Below are positions 1 to 9,780 of a stretch of DNA of 32,000 nt, in pieces. The first letter of the stretch is position 1. Every line of letters starts with the position of its first letter. The notes beneath the pieces are model-generated. The model saw only the letters and a program-made list of their open reading frames with translations. It had not been told where the DNA came from and searched no databases. The stretch comes from Patescibacteria group bacterium (GTDB lineage Bacteria; Patescibacteriota; Patescibacteriia; 2-01-FULL-39-33), in the NCBI GenBank assembly GCA_041649575.1, contig JBAZMW010000002.1:60001-92000 (forward strand). Direction: 5' to 3'. The position numbers and the translations under genes are program-made.

Positions 1-1181
1 CAACCGGTAAGCCCAGGCTTCACCAGCAGCCGTTCCCTGTAAAAAGGCACCTCTTGGGCCAAAATTTGGATAAATTCTGGTCTTTCTGGCCTAGGCCCGA
101 CCAGACTCATTTCTCCTCGTAAGATGTTAATTAATTGGGGGATTTCATCCAGCCTGGTTTTACGCATTAATCTGCCGAAACGAGTCACTCTCGGATCGTT
201 TTCACTGGCCCATTGTGGCCCGTTTTTCTCGGCGTTATCAAACATCGAGCGGAATTTCATGGCCAAAAAATTTTTACCGTTTTTGCCAACGCGTATTTGC
301 TTAAAGACCACCGGTCCCGGACTTTCTAATTTTATGATCAGAGCTATTGGCGGCGCGATAAATATGGCCACTAGCAGGCCGAGTAAAGCCAGAAAGACAT
401 CCATGATTCTTTTGCTGATCTCATAAAGTTTTTTGGAATGTTCGGCCAAGTTTTCCAAAAACCAGCTGTGTTCCAGATATTCAGCCGGCACTTTATTGGT
501 TATCTGCTCGTAAAAGCTGTTGATATTATAAACATCAACGCCTAGCGACAAACAGTCGAAGATTTTTCGCGAGATTTCATCATTATTTTTTAAACTATTG
601 GCGCTGACCAGGATATCCACCTGGTTTTCTTGGCAATATTTTTTTAAATCTTCGGGAACATTTTGGTTGTTTATGGCTTGATACCCTAGTTGCGGCTTAT
701 GATTTATCTCTCTGATTAACGAATCAGCCAGCGGTGATTGACCAATGATCAGCACCTTATTGCTAATGGCCGAGGATTTTATAAAGGTATAGAATATCCG
801 ACGCCACAAAAAAGAGAAAACCAAGGAAATAATCACATCTATCGCAAGGACTCTTTGCGGTTTAATACTTCCTAGAAAAGGATTGAAAAAATAAAAAATA
901 GCTATAGCTATCAGAATGTTTATAACATAAACACGAACTAGCAGATTTAACAGGTTGTTTATATTATAACTTATTTTTAAATCATAAAGCTCGTTAATAA
1001 AAAAAACCAATAACCAGATAACAAAAACCACAGTAAACATAATTACATGTCCTGACCAGAAATAACCGATGTCCTTTAGGCCGTATCTGATAATTAAGGT
1101 CAAGTATAAACCTAGATATAAAGTGGCCAGGTCGCCTAACAAAAGGATGACCTTTTTTGTTTTAATAAAGAAATTAGCCAT
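1..1181 (-). CDS. Polyprenyl-phosphate glycosyl-1-phosphate transferase (bacterial sugar transferase, WbaP/EpsL-like); 3' end runs off the window
   Basis: Absent from the ORF track because it is open to the window edge. Reverse-strand translation from ATG at 1181-1179 gives MANFFIKTKKVILLLGDLATLYLGLYLTLII... (TM helices). Downstream is ...LESPGPVVFKQIRVGKNGKKFLAMKFRSMFDNAEKNGPQWASENDPRVTRFGRLMRKTRLDEIPQLINILRGEMSLVGPRPERPEF...LVKPGLTGW, the hallmark Bac_transf catalytic motifs. Confidence 0.9.
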   Translation of the reverse strand, partial: MANFFIKTKKVILLLGDLATLYLGLYLTLIIRYGLKDIGYFWSGHVIMFTVVFVIWLLVFFINELYDLKISYNINNLLNLLVRVYVINILIAIAIFYFFNPFLGSIKPQRVLAIDVIISLVFSFLWRRIFYTFIKSSAISNKVLIIGQSPLADSLIREINHKPQLGYQAINNQNVPEDLKKYCQENQVDILVSANSLKNNDEISRKIFDCLSLGVDVYNINSFYEQITNKVPAEYLEHSWFLENLAEHSKKLYEISKRIMDVFLALLGLLVAIFIAPPIALIIKLESPGPVVFKQIRVGKNGKNFLAMKFRSMFDNAEKNGPQWASENDPRVTRFGRLMRKTRLDEIPQLINILRGEMSLVGPRPERPEFIQILAQEVPFYRERLLVKPGLTG

Positions 1182-1299
1182 AATTTTAAGCGATAACTTC
1201 AATATTTATACAATATTTTTGACCAAAAATCAAGTTTGGCCGCCCGCCCTTTTAAAAGAATGATAATTTTGATAAAATATAATCATTAAATCCCTTTTT

Positions 1300-3000
1300 A
1301 TGGTTAAAAGATTTTTTTTATTTTCAATTGTTTGCTTGTTTTTTTTTATTACTATTTTTCCGGCTCAGGCCTATGTTCCCTCCGACCCGTTGTATTACCG
1401 AGAAACCTATCTCAACCCTCTTGGCGCGGAAAAAGCTTGGGATTTGTCACGGGGTAATGGCGTGGTAGTAGCCGTCTTAGATTCCGGGGTAGACACGGAC
1501 CACCCTGATTTAAAAAATAATATTTGGCGTAATTTGGACGAAACTCCTGGCGATGGCGTTGATAATGATCATAATGGTTTTATTGACGATATTAGTGGTT
1601 GGGATTTTGTCTCAGGTCAGCCGGATCCCAAACCAAAATTTTCTGAAAACTATTCAGCAGCCGGCTTGGAACATGGCACGGCTATCTCGGGAGTGATCGC
1701 TGGTACGGCCAATAACGGGCAGGGAATGGTTGGCTTGGCTTTTGATTCCAAAATCATGCCTCTTAGAATTCTAGATGCTGACGGTACGGGGGAGGTGCCC
1801 AATCTGGTCAAAGCCATTGAGTACGCTGTCAATAACGGAGCTGATATCATTAACTTAAGCTTAGTTGGTTATGATTATAGCCAGGAACTTTTTGATGCCG
1901 TTAGGTCGGCTAACGCTCGGGGAGTGTTGGTGGTGGCGGCCGCTGGTAACGCCGAAGATGGTTTAGTTGACGGAATTAATCTTGATAACAGGCCGGCTTA
2001 CCCGGTTTGCTACGGCAATAATACTGATAATAATTTAATTATCGCCGTTTCTTCCGTTGATGACAAAAAGAACAAATCTGTTTTTTCTAATTATGGCAGC
2101 TGTGTGGACGTCTCCGCTTTTGGCGAGAAAATTCTCAGTGCCTCTTTTTATTATCCAGAGAAGGGTTTGGATGATTATTATCTTTATGATTGGAACGGAA
2201 CTTCCTTTGCCACCGCTTTGGTTTCTGGCGCCGCCGCCCTAGTTAAGGCGAAAAATAAGTCTTTTACGCCGACCAAGATCACTGACGCTCTTTTGAGTAC
2301 AGCTGAAGATATTGATAGTTATAATTCTCAATATCGGGGCTTGCTTGGCCGGGGTTTGATTAATGTTTTTAGCGCCGTAAATTATTTGCCGCCGGTCGCT
2401 CCCGGCCGTTTGGTAAAATTGAAAACTTCCAACACCGTCTATTATGTCGACTCCAATAACACCAAACATCTTTTTCCCAATGAAAGTGTTTTTTGGAGCT
2501 GGTATAGTGGTAACTGGCCCGATCAGAAGATAGCCATTGTTGGTCAGGAAGAGATGGACGGCTTGAGATACGGCTCAAATATGACCATCAGAGCCGGCAC
2601 TAATTTGGTGAAATTTGGCAGTAGCAATAAAATTTATTTTGTCTCCGGTGGTAACCGACTGGTGCAGCTTAATGAGGCTTTGGCCCGTCAGCTTTTTGGC
2701 ACAAACTATTATCAGCGGTTGGCCAAATTAAGCGAGGGTTTTGTGGCTGATTATTTTGAGGCTCCGGCTTTAAGTGAAGGGCTCTATCCCGACGGCTCTT
2801 TGATTCAGTACAAGGACTCCGGCGACATTTACTATATCCAAAATGGCACTAAGCGTTTAGTGACGGCCGCTGGCCTGGCGGCTAACAATTTCAAGAAAGA
2901 GTTTGTTATAAGAGAAGTTGGCAGCAGTTTGTCTTATAGAAACGGCGCCAATCTGGACGCCTGGGAAGAGGGGGTCTTTCCCTATCTCCTGATTAATTAA
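1300..3000 (+). CDS. Secreted subtilisin-like (S8) serine protease with C-terminal repeat domain
   Basis: Signal peptide MVKRFFLFSIVCLFFFITIFPAQA. Triad motifs VAVLDSGVDTDHPDL (Asp), HGTAISGVIAG (His), GTSFATALVSGAAAL (Ser). The last ~200 aa hold three degenerate L(V/I)K..S..(V/I)Y(Y/F)(V/I) modules. Confidence 0.9.
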   Translation: MVKRFFLFSIVCLFFFITIFPAQAYVPSDPLYYRETYLNPLGAEKAWDLSRGNGVVVAVLDSGVDTDHPDLKNNIWRNLDETPGDGVDNDHNGFIDDISGWDFVSGQPDPKPKFSENYSAAGLEHGTAISGVIAGTANNGQGMVGLAFDSKIMPLRILDADGTGEVPNLVKAIEYAVNNGADIINLSLVGYDYSQELFDAVRSANARGVLVVAAAGNAEDGLVDGINLDNRPAYPVCYGNNTDNNLIIAVSSVDDKKNKSVFSNYGSCVDVSAFGEKILSASFYYPEKGLDDYYLYDWNGTSFATALVSGAAALVKAKNKSFTPTKITDALLSTAEDIDSYNSQYRGLLGRGLINVFSAVNYLPPVAPGRLVKLKTSNTVYYVDSNNTKHLFPNESVFWSWYSGNWPDQKIAIVGQEEMDGLRYGSNMTIRAGTNLVKFGSSNKIYFVSGGNRLVQLNEALARQLFGTNYYQRLAKLSEGFVADYFEAPALSEGLYPDGSLIQYKDSGDIYYIQNGTKRLVTAAGLAANNFKKEFVIREVGSSLSYRNGANLDAWEEGVFPYLLIN

Positions 3001-3016
3001 TTTTTTTGTGCTGCTT

Positions 3017-3487
3017 ATGTTTGAAAAACTTAAAAAAATAAAAAATCAAATTAGCGGCTTCTATTTTTTCCGGAGATACATGATTGCCAAGGAGTTTATT
3101 AAATTTTGTTTGATTGGCCTGACCAATCTGTTTGTCGATATGTCCGTTTATTGGCTCTTGACCCGCTTTTTTCATTTCTATTATTTATTAGCGGCCATTT
3201 TTTCTTTTGTAGTGGCGGTAACCTGGAGCTTCTACCTCAACCGGCACTGGACTTTCCGTCATCAGGAAAAAGACCTTTCTCGGCAATACATAAAATTTTT
3301 TATCGCCAATCTTATCAGCATCTTCATTAATCTCTCACTTTTTTATGTTTTGGTTGACTATTGGCATTTCTACGACCTATTAGCCAAGTTTTTGGCGGCG
3401 ATGATCGTGGCTTTCCTTAATTTTTCTCTTAATAAATTCTGGACCTTTAGAAAACCGGCCAATAGTCAAACAACTCGAACTCCTTAG
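3017..3487 (+). CDS. GtrA-family membrane protein (polysaccharide synthesis/translocation accessory)
   Basis: About four TM helices. Motifs NRHWTFRH and LNKFWTFRK are typical of GtrA-like proteins. ATG at 3017 is preferred to the track's GTG at 3008. Confidence 0.8.
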   Translation: MFEKLKKIKNQISGFYFFRRYMIAKEFIKFCLIGLTNLFVDMSVYWLLTRFFHFYYLLAAIFSFVVAVTWSFYLNRHWTFRHQEKDLSRQYIKFFIANLISIFINLSLFYVLVDYWHFYDLLAKFLAAMIVAFLNFSLNKFWTFRKPANSQTTRTP

Positions 3488-3552
3488 CCGCCGACTTGTT
3501 TTTAAAGGCGTTTTTTTATATAATAAGGGCAACAAAACTTAACCCATAATTT

Positions 3553-4563
3553 ATGACTCAAAAAATAATTTTTGACAAAAAAAACATTCTGATAGTCGGT
3601 GGCGCCGGTTTTATCGGTTCTCATCTGGGAGATGAATTGGTAGTTAAAAACAAGGTGATTTGTCTCGATAATTTTCTGACCGGTACCGAGCATAATATCG
3701 CCCATCTTTTACAAAATCCCAATTTTAAATTTATTAATCATAATATTGTCGAGGCGATTAACCTGGAAAAGCAGCCGGACTTAAAAGAGTTTAGAATCGA
3801 ATTTCAGGGTTTGCAGGAAATTTATTTTTTGGCCTCGCCCACCTCGCCGCGCGATTATTCCAGGTATCCTATCGAGACCCTGCTGGCCAATTCCGTTGGT
3901 TTGCGTAACGCCTTAGACTTGGCGGTGAAGTATAAGTCGCAGTTTTTGTATGTGTCTGGCTCGGCGGTCTATGGCCAGGTCGAGGATAAAAAAAAGGTGA
4001 AAGAGGATTATGTTGGCAGAGTTGATCAGTTGGGCCCGCGTGCTTGTTATGAAGAAGCCAAGAGATTTGGCGAATCACTGGTTAATAATTATCGTCTCAA
4101 ATACAATATAGACGCCAAGATAGTCAGGGTGTTTAATTGTTACGGACCGCGGATGCGTTTGGGCGACGGTCGGATGATTCCCGAAATAATCGAGCTGGCC
4201 TTGAAAAATAAAGAAATAGTGATTTACGGCGAAAAGAAAAGTGCTGGTTCTTATTTTTATATCTCTGATTTGATCAAGGCGCTGATCAAGATGATGTCCA
4301 GTGGCGAAATCGGTCCGCTTAATCTGGCTTCGGAGTGGCAAAACAGTTTTGAGGAAGTGGCGCAAAAAATTATTCAGCTGACTGGTTCGCAAGCCAAAGT
4401 TAAATATGAATCAACCGGCGGCCTGATGGCGCCGCAACTTCTAGGCGATATCACTCAAGCCAAAGAAAGGCTGGGTTGGTTTCCTATAGTTTTGCTCGAT
4501 GAGGGTTTGAAAAAAACCATCGACTATCTTAGCGCCCAGCAGGGAATATTGGATCTAAATTGA
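3553..4563 (+). CDS. Extended-SDR NAD-dependent epimerase/dehydratase, UDP-glucuronate decarboxylase (UXS)-like
   Basis: Rossmann motif VGGAGFIGSHL, catalytic YEEAK (YxxxK), and RVFNCYGPRM as in the UXS/RmlB-type family. Confidence 0.8.
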   Translation: MTQKIIFDKKNILIVGGAGFIGSHLGDELVVKNKVICLDNFLTGTEHNIAHLLQNPNFKFINHNIVEAINLEKQPDLKEFRIEFQGLQEIYFLASPTSPRDYSRYPIETLLANSVGLRNALDLAVKYKSQFLYVSGSAVYGQVEDKKKVKEDYVGRVDQLGPRACYEEAKRFGESLVNNYRLKYNIDAKIVRVFNCYGPRMRLGDGRMIPEIIELALKNKEIVIYGEKKSAGSYFYISDLIKALIKMMSSGEIGPLNLASEWQNSFEEVAQKIIQLTGSQAKVKYESTGGLMAPQLLGDITQAKERLGWFPIVLLDEGLKKTIDYLSAQQGILDLN

Positions 4564-4578
4564 AGTTTTTTATAAAAT

Positions 4579-4605
4579 AACCCCCGACCGGGGGTTTGTT
4601 TTTTT
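4579..4605 (+). terminator. Rho-independent terminator after the SDR gene
   Basis: aaccccc-gacc-gggggtt hairpin (7-bp stem) followed by tgttttttt. Confidence 0.7.
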
Positions 4606-4630
4606 ATCTAAAAAGTGCCATAATTTAGTT

Positions 4631-5293
4631 ATGAAAATATTAGTTTTAATTCCTGCCAAAGACGAAAAGGCCAAAATTTTTTCGGTGGTTAGAGAAATTA
4701 AAGATTGTGGCTTCGAGGTGTTGGTGATTGATGACGGCTCTTCGGATAATACCGGCGAACTGGCCAAAGCCGCCGGCGCCAAGGTTCTAAGGCACGTTAT
4801 TAATCGTGGCCAAGGAGCGGCCTTAAGAACTGGTTTGTCTTATGCTCTAAAAGGCGATTATCAAGCCGTGGTTTTTTTTGATGCCGACGGACAAATGCTG
4901 GCCTCGGAAATAGAAAAACTATTGGAGCCATTGCTTTTAAAGAGAGCTGAAGTGGTTTTGGGCTCGCGGTTTCTGGGTCGGGCGGAGAATATTTCCTTTT
5001 CGAAATTAATAACCTTAAAACTGGCTTTGCTTTTTACTAAACTAACCACCGGTCTGAAATTAACTGACGTTCATAACGGATTCCAGGCTTGGGATCTAAG
5101 TGCTCTGGAGAAAATCACCCTCACGCAAGATCGTTACGCCTACGCCTCGGAAATCTTAAAAGAAATCGCTCACAAGCGGCTTAGGTACCAGGAAGTCCCG
5201 GTGACTATCAAATATACTGATTATTCCAAAAAGAAAGGTCAGAGTATTTTTAATGCTTTGCACATTCTCTGGGATTTAATGATTAAAAAATAA
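4631..5293 (+). CDS. Glycosyltransferase family 2 (DPM1/polyprenyl-phosphate sugar synthase-like)
   Basis: VLIPAKDE, VIDDGSSDNT and FFDADGQ (DxD) motifs. The ~220-aa size is typical of polyprenol-phosphate GT2s. Confidence 0.85.
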   Translation: MKILVLIPAKDEKAKIFSVVREIKDCGFEVLVIDDGSSDNTGELAKAAGAKVLRHVINRGQGAALRTGLSYALKGDYQAVVFFDADGQMLASEIEKLLEPLLLKRAEVVLGSRFLGRAENISFSKLITLKLALLFTKLTTGLKLTDVHNGFQAWDLSALEKITLTQDRYAYASEILKEIAHKRLRYQEVPVTIKYTDYSKKKGQSIFNALHILWDLMIKK

Positions 5294-5296
5294 TTT

Positions 5297-5635
5297 ATGC
5301 TGATTCAATTCATTCTCATTTTTTTTATTTTGCTTTTGGTTCTACGTTTGATTTGGCAATTAAAAAACAAAGAAATTTCGGGTTGGCAATTTTTGTCCTG
5401 GCTAGTTATTTGGTTTTTAGCCATCATTATTATCTGGTATCCCCAAGTGACTATCTTTTTGGCCGGCCAATTGGGCGTGGGCCGGGGCGTCGATCTGGTT
5501 ATTTATTTGTCGGTGATTTTACTTTTTTATCTATTGTTTCGTCTGCTTTTGAGAATAGAGAGAGTGGAAAAAAATATCACAAAAATTACCCAGGAGCTGG
5601 CCGTCAAAAAAGATCAAAATCATGAGTCCGACTAA
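5297..5635 (+). CDS. Small membrane protein, DUF2304-like
   Basis: Three hydrophobic helices plus a charged C-terminal helix. It sits directly after a DPM1-like GT2, as DUF2304 usually does. Family assignment is from memory. Confidence 0.55.
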   Translation: MLIQFILIFFILLLVLRLIWQLKNKEISGWQFLSWLVIWFLAIIIIWYPQVTIFLAGQLGVGRGVDLVIYLSVILLFYLLFRLLLRIERVEKNITKITQELAVKKDQNHESD

Positions 5636-6674
5636 AAGAGTAACCATTATCATTGTTACGCACAATGGACGGCACTATTTGCCGGAATGCTTGGCTAGTG
5701 TTTTCGATCAGCATTATCTCCAAAGCCTTTTGAAAATAATCGTTATTGATAATGATTCTTCAGATAGCACGGTTAGCTATTTGCGGCAGTGGCCGCAGGT
5801 AAAGGTGGTGGTTAATCGTAAGAATTTAGGCTTTGCGGTGGCCAACAACCAAGGCTATTATTTGGCTAAAAAACAGGAAGCGGATTATCTTTTTTTATTG
5901 AACCAGGATACTGTCTTGGAAAAGAATTGCCTGCAGCGTCTGGTGACTTTAGCGGAAAAAAATCACAAAATCGCCGCCGTTCAGCCAAAAATTCTGCTCC
6001 ACCCGGAAAAGCACCTGATTAACAGCTTGGGTAATTGTATAAATTTTTTAGGCTTTGCCTATTGCGACAAGTACCGGGCCAAAGACAGCCAGCCCTTAGT
6101 CGATCCGTTTGAGGTCACCTACGCCTCGGGAGCCGCCTGTCTGCTTAGGATGTCGGCCCTGGAGCAAACCGACCTATTTGATCCGCGTTTATTTATGTAC
6201 CATGATGACGTCGATCTCGGTTGGCGCCTACGCTTGGCCGGTTATCGGATTATGGTCGATCCGCTGGCGGTGGTCTATCATAAATACACCTTTGGCAAAG
6301 GCAAATACAAATTTTATTACCTGGAACGCAATCGTTTATTAGTTTTATTGCAGAATTACCGTTTATTGACTTTGGTTATTTTTTTGCCGCCATTGGTTCT
6401 AATGGAGGCGGGTATGCTGCTTTTCGCTCTGAAAAACGGTTGGCTGAAAGAAAAAATCAAGGGCTATTTTTGGCTGTTGTCTCACTGGCCGTCGATTTTA
6501 AGCCAGCGTCTCCGGGTGCATTTTCAGATCAGAAAAGTAAGCGATCGTGAAGTTTTAAGGTTTTTCAGCGGCGCGATAAAATCGGAAGAACTGAAAAACC
6601 CCCTGCTCGTGTATTTAGTGAATCCACTGTTATCTCTATACTTCTGGTTGGCTAAAAAAATTATTTTTTGGTAA
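5622..6674 (+). CDS. Glycosyltransferase family 2 (rhamnosyl/galactosyl-transferase-like) with C-terminal membrane segment
   Basis: VTIIIVTHNG, VIDNDSSDST, LLNQDT and HDDVDLGWR motifs. Hydrophobic C-terminal region. Confidence 0.85.
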   Translation: MSPTKRVTIIIVTHNGRHYLPECLASVFDQHYLQSLLKIIVIDNDSSDSTVSYLRQWPQVKVVVNRKNLGFAVANNQGYYLAKKQEADYLFLLNQDTVLEKNCLQRLVTLAEKNHKIAAVQPKILLHPEKHLINSLGNCINFLGFAYCDKYRAKDSQPLVDPFEVTYASGAACLLRMSALEQTDLFDPRLFMYHDDVDLGWRLRLAGYRIMVDPLAVVYHKYTFGKGKYKFYYLERNRLLVLLQNYRLLTLVIFLPPLVLMEAGMLLFALKNGWLKEKIKGYFWLLSHWPSILSQRLRVHFQIRKVSDREVLRFFSGAIKSEELKNPLLVYLVNPLLSLYFWLAKKIIFW

Positions 6675-6722
6675 AAAGCTTAACAAGACTTAGCGCTATT
6701 ATTTTTTTTAACTTTAGTTTAA

Positions 6723-7724
6723 ATGGACCAACGGCTTTATCTAGCGACAGCGGCTGATGATAATTACGCGGCGCCTTTGGCCGCGATGCTGGCTTCTTTG
6801 TTGGAGAATGTTGCTCCGGCTTTTGGTGTTGAAATAAAAATTTTGACCAGCGATTTCAGCCCGGCCAATCAGAAAAGACTAATCGACTCTTTGGCGGGTT
6901 ATAATTGCTCTTGCCAGTTTGTGGCTATCGGCTCGGAGCAAAAAAAATTTTTCGCCACCGGTCTTAATGCCAATACTCATTTGTCCGAAACGGCTTATTA
7001 CCGGCTGCTCTTGCCGGAGCTTTTGCCGCAAATTGAAAAAATAATTTATCTCGATTGCGATTTAATAGTTCGTGGCGACATTTCTCGTCTGTGGCAAACC
7101 GATCTGGAAAAACAGGTCATTGGAGCGGTACCGGTACAGTTTTTGTTCTATTATGACTTGTTTTCCGAAGTTTTTTCTTTGCCGGTAAACCACGGCCTGT
7201 TCAATTCCGGCGTCATGCTGCTGGATTTGGCAGGTCTGCGCCAAATGGAATTTGTCAGGCTGGCGCGGGAGTTTATTGTTAAAAATAAAAACAAATTAAC
7301 CATCGCTGCCGATCAGGACGTTTTAAATGCCATGCTTATTGGCAAATTCAAAAAAATTGACTTAAGCTGGAATCAGACGGTAGAGCTTTTTGTCGGCCGG
7401 GGCTACCAGAATTCCGCTGCCGGCAAGTATCAGCTTTACAGTAAAAACGAATTTCTGACCGCCCAAAAAAAGCCTTTAATAGTTCATTTCGACGGCGCTC
7501 TCAAGCCCTGGCACCATGGCCTCGCGCATCCTTACAAAAAAGAATATTTTTTGTATCTCAAAAAAACCGCTTTTAAAAGCCAGAAAAAACAGTGGAATTT
7601 CAAGCGCTTTTTGTCTTTTTACGGCTACTATAGCCTAAAACTTTTGCCGGAAAAATTTTTCCACTGGCTTTGGCCGGTTTTGAACAATCTTTACAAAAAG
7701 AAAAATTTTTCCGATTGGAAATAA
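6723..7724 (+). CDS. Glycosyltransferase family 8
   Basis: AADDNYAAPLAAMLASL, YYRLLLPELL, LDCDLIVRGDI (DxD) and FNSGVMLLDL, characteristic of GT8 (RfaJ/LgtC-like). Confidence 0.85.
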   Translation: MDQRLYLATAADDNYAAPLAAMLASLLENVAPAFGVEIKILTSDFSPANQKRLIDSLAGYNCSCQFVAIGSEQKKFFATGLNANTHLSETAYYRLLLPELLPQIEKIIYLDCDLIVRGDISRLWQTDLEKQVIGAVPVQFLFYYDLFSEVFSLPVNHGLFNSGVMLLDLAGLRQMEFVRLAREFIVKNKNKLTIAADQDVLNAMLIGKFKKIDLSWNQTVELFVGRGYQNSAAGKYQLYSKNEFLTAQKKPLIVHFDGALKPWHHGLAHPYKKEYFLYLKKTAFKSQKKQWNFKRFLSFYGYYSLKLLPEKFFHWLWPVLNNLYKKKNFSDWK

Positions 7725-7727
7725 TTT

Positions 7728-8123
7728 ATGTCTAAAAGAAACGTTTTAAAAATAATTTTTACTTGGTTGCTGGCAATTATTTGGGGCGGTTTGATTTTTT
7801 ATTTGTCTTCGGTTTCTGATTTTTCCGTTGCTACTGGCACTGCCAAGCGCAGCAATTTTTTATCTGGTATCATTCACGTCTTGCTTTATATAATTTTGTC
7901 ATTTCTGTTAATTCGCGCTTTGCTGACCAGCGGTTTGAGCCGGGGTCGGGCTTTTCTTTTTGGTTTTTTGGTCGCTTCGCTTTATGGAATCAGCGACGAA
8001 TGGCACCAGTCCTTTGTGCCCTCTCGCGAAGCCAGGGTCACCGACTGGCTCTTGGATGTCGCCGGCGCTTATTTGACACTAAGCTGCTATACCTATAAAT
8101 ATAAATACCGCCGCCGCCAGTGA
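7728..8123 (+). CDS. VanZ-family membrane protein
   Basis: Four TM helices and the motif SDEWHQSFVPSREARVTDWLLDVAGA, typical of VanZ-like proteins. Confidence 0.8.
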   Translation: MSKRNVLKIIFTWLLAIIWGGLIFYLSSVSDFSVATGTAKRSNFLSGIIHVLLYIILSFLLIRALLTSGLSRGRAFLFGFLVASLYGISDEWHQSFVPSREARVTDWLLDVAGAYLTLSCYTYKYKYRRRQ

Positions 8124-8149
8124 AAGCCGCTAGTACTAGCGGCTTTTTT
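8123..8149 (+). terminator. Rho-independent terminator at the convergent junction of VanZ (+) and flippase (-)
   Basis: aaagccgctag-ta-ctagcggcttt palindrome followed by tttt. It overlaps the last codons of the minus-strand flippase. Confidence 0.65.
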
Positions 8150-9677
8150 GATAAAGATTCTGGTAAACTTTTCCCAGAAAATTTTTTATTGTTTGCCAGT
8201 CTTCTCGCTCATAAAAACCAAACAGGCGATAAAGTAGTAAATAAATTATTACTGCCAGTGGTCCCAGAACGATCAAGGCAAAGAGATTAACGCTTAGCGG
8301 TATCAGTATCAGAATGTCAACCAAATAAGCCGCTACCGCGGTGAGAATAATTTTGAAATACAATTTGAAATATTCTTTGGCTCTGTTTGTCAGATGAAAA
8401 AAATGTTTTTCCGCGTAGCCGAACATTATTATAATTGGCAGAACTGAAATCAGAAAGGCCCAGGCCGCGCCAGTGATGCCAAAGGTCGGCAAGAGAGCGA
8501 GGATTAGGATAAGGTTGAAAATTGCCATCAGCACCGAACAAACTGCCAAAAATTTTGTCTTTTCCAGCCCCAGTAAAAAACTAGTTAAGGGACGAGACAA
8601 AGAGATGACAAAATAAGTCAGGGCTAAAATTATCAAAATAGCGGTGGACTTTTCCGCCAGTTCGGCGCCGATCCAAAAAAATAGTATTTTGTAAGCAAAG
8701 GCGATGATGGAAACGGTGATGGCCGCGCTCAAAATGGTAATCAACCTCAAAGATTTGATGTAAATGTTTTTTATTTTTTCATTTTCCTTCACGCCCTTTA
8801 AGCCGGCCACCATCGGAAAAAGCACGGCGGTTAGGCTGTTGGTAACGCCCGGGGTGTGATTGGCGACATTGCCCGGCAAGCTGTAGTAAGTCAAAGCCGT
8901 TGGGCCCAAAAAAATAGGAATCAGCAATCGATCCAAATAATTTAAAGAGGAGCCGGCCAGATTACTGACAAAAGTCTTTAGCCCGAATTGGTAGCAATTT
9001 TTAACTTCTGTTTTTACCCAAGCCAGCTTCAGCTTGGCCAGTGGCAGGATTTTTTTGGCATAGCGCCTGTAAACAAAAGAAAAGACCAAAGCCAAGCCGG
9101 CCTGTAGCGCCAGGATGGCAATTAATTTGTAGCCCAAAAGAGCCAGGGCCAGAGCGCCCAGATTCAGGATTGTCAGTTGGGTCAAATCGATTTTTGTCGA
9201 CAAATCGAATCGTTGCAGGGCTCGGGGCGTAATGGTAAAAACCGAGTTAACGGTGTTGATAAAAAAGGTTATGCCCGCCAGAGAAAAAGTTATCAAAAAA
9301 AGATTTTGGTCCAAAGAGCTGTTTTGAAAAATGGCCTTTCCCCAATACCCCAAAGCGACCATAATGGCCAGCCCCAGAACGCCGATAATGAAGAAAAGCG
9401 AGTTATTGGAATAAAAAAGATTTTTTATTTTATTTTCTTCTTGTTGGGCGTGATATTGGGCCAAATATTTGATTAAGGCCGTTGACAGTCCTAGGTCCAA
9501 CAGGCCCAAAAGAACAAGAATGGTGTTAATAAGCACATACAGCCCGTAACGCTCCACGCCCAGTTTATAAACCAGAACCGGTGTGACAAAAATAGAAAAA
9601 ACAATCGGAAAAGCGTAGCCGACAAAAGAGAAAGAAGAATTTTTTAGAGCCTGATAAGCTGGGGAGTCGTTTTCCAT
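8136..9677 (-). CDS. Oligosaccharide/polysaccharide flippase (Wzx-like, MOP superfamily)
   Basis: About 12-14 TM helices over its length, with the usual N-terminal ...ALKNSSFSFVGY... of polysaccharide biosynthesis flippases. ATG (MENDSPAYQ...) at 9677 is preferred to the track's TTG at 9695. Confidence 0.8.
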   Translation of the reverse strand: MENDSPAYQALKNSSFSFVGYAFPIVFSIFVTPVLVYKLGVERYGLYVLINTILVLLGLLDLGLSTALIKYLAQYHAQQEENKIKNLFYSNNSLFFIIGVLGLAIMVALGYWGKAIFQNSSLDQNLFLITFSLAGITFFINTVNSVFTITPRALQRFDLSTKIDLTQLTILNLGALALALLGYKLIAILALQAGLALVFSFVYRRYAKKILPLAKLKLAWVKTEVKNCYQFGLKTFVSNLAGSSLNYLDRLLIPIFLGPTALTYYSLPGNVANHTPGVTNSLTAVLFPMVAGLKGVKENEKIKNIYIKSLRLITILSAAITVSIIAFAYKILFFWIGAELAEKSTAILIILALTYFVISLSRPLTSFLLGLEKTKFLAVCSVLMAIFNLILILALLPTFGITGAAWAFLISVLPIIIMFGYAEKHFFHLTNRAKEYFKLYFKIILTAVAAYLVDILILIPLSVNLFALIVLGPLAVIIYLLLYRLFGFYEREDWQTIKNFLGKVYQNLYQKSR

Positions 9678-9780
9678 GTCATTTAATTTATACAATAAAT
9701 TTAGCTTTCAGGCAAATATTTTGGTTTGCCAAAAAGGTAAAAAATAGTTAGAATTAAAGGGAAAAAAGAATCGAGAAATT

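Noticed and set aside
124-426. 100-aa plus-strand ORF in the supplied track
   Set aside because: It lies antisense to the strongly supported sugar-transferase CDS (1-1181, minus strand), whose translation carries the full Bac_transf motif set. The plus-strand product has no recognisable features.
1069-1263. 64-aa plus-strand ORF
   Set aside because: It overlaps the 5' end of the minus-strand sugar transferase and the divergent promoter region. It is Lys/Ile-rich and looks like an AT-rich artefact.
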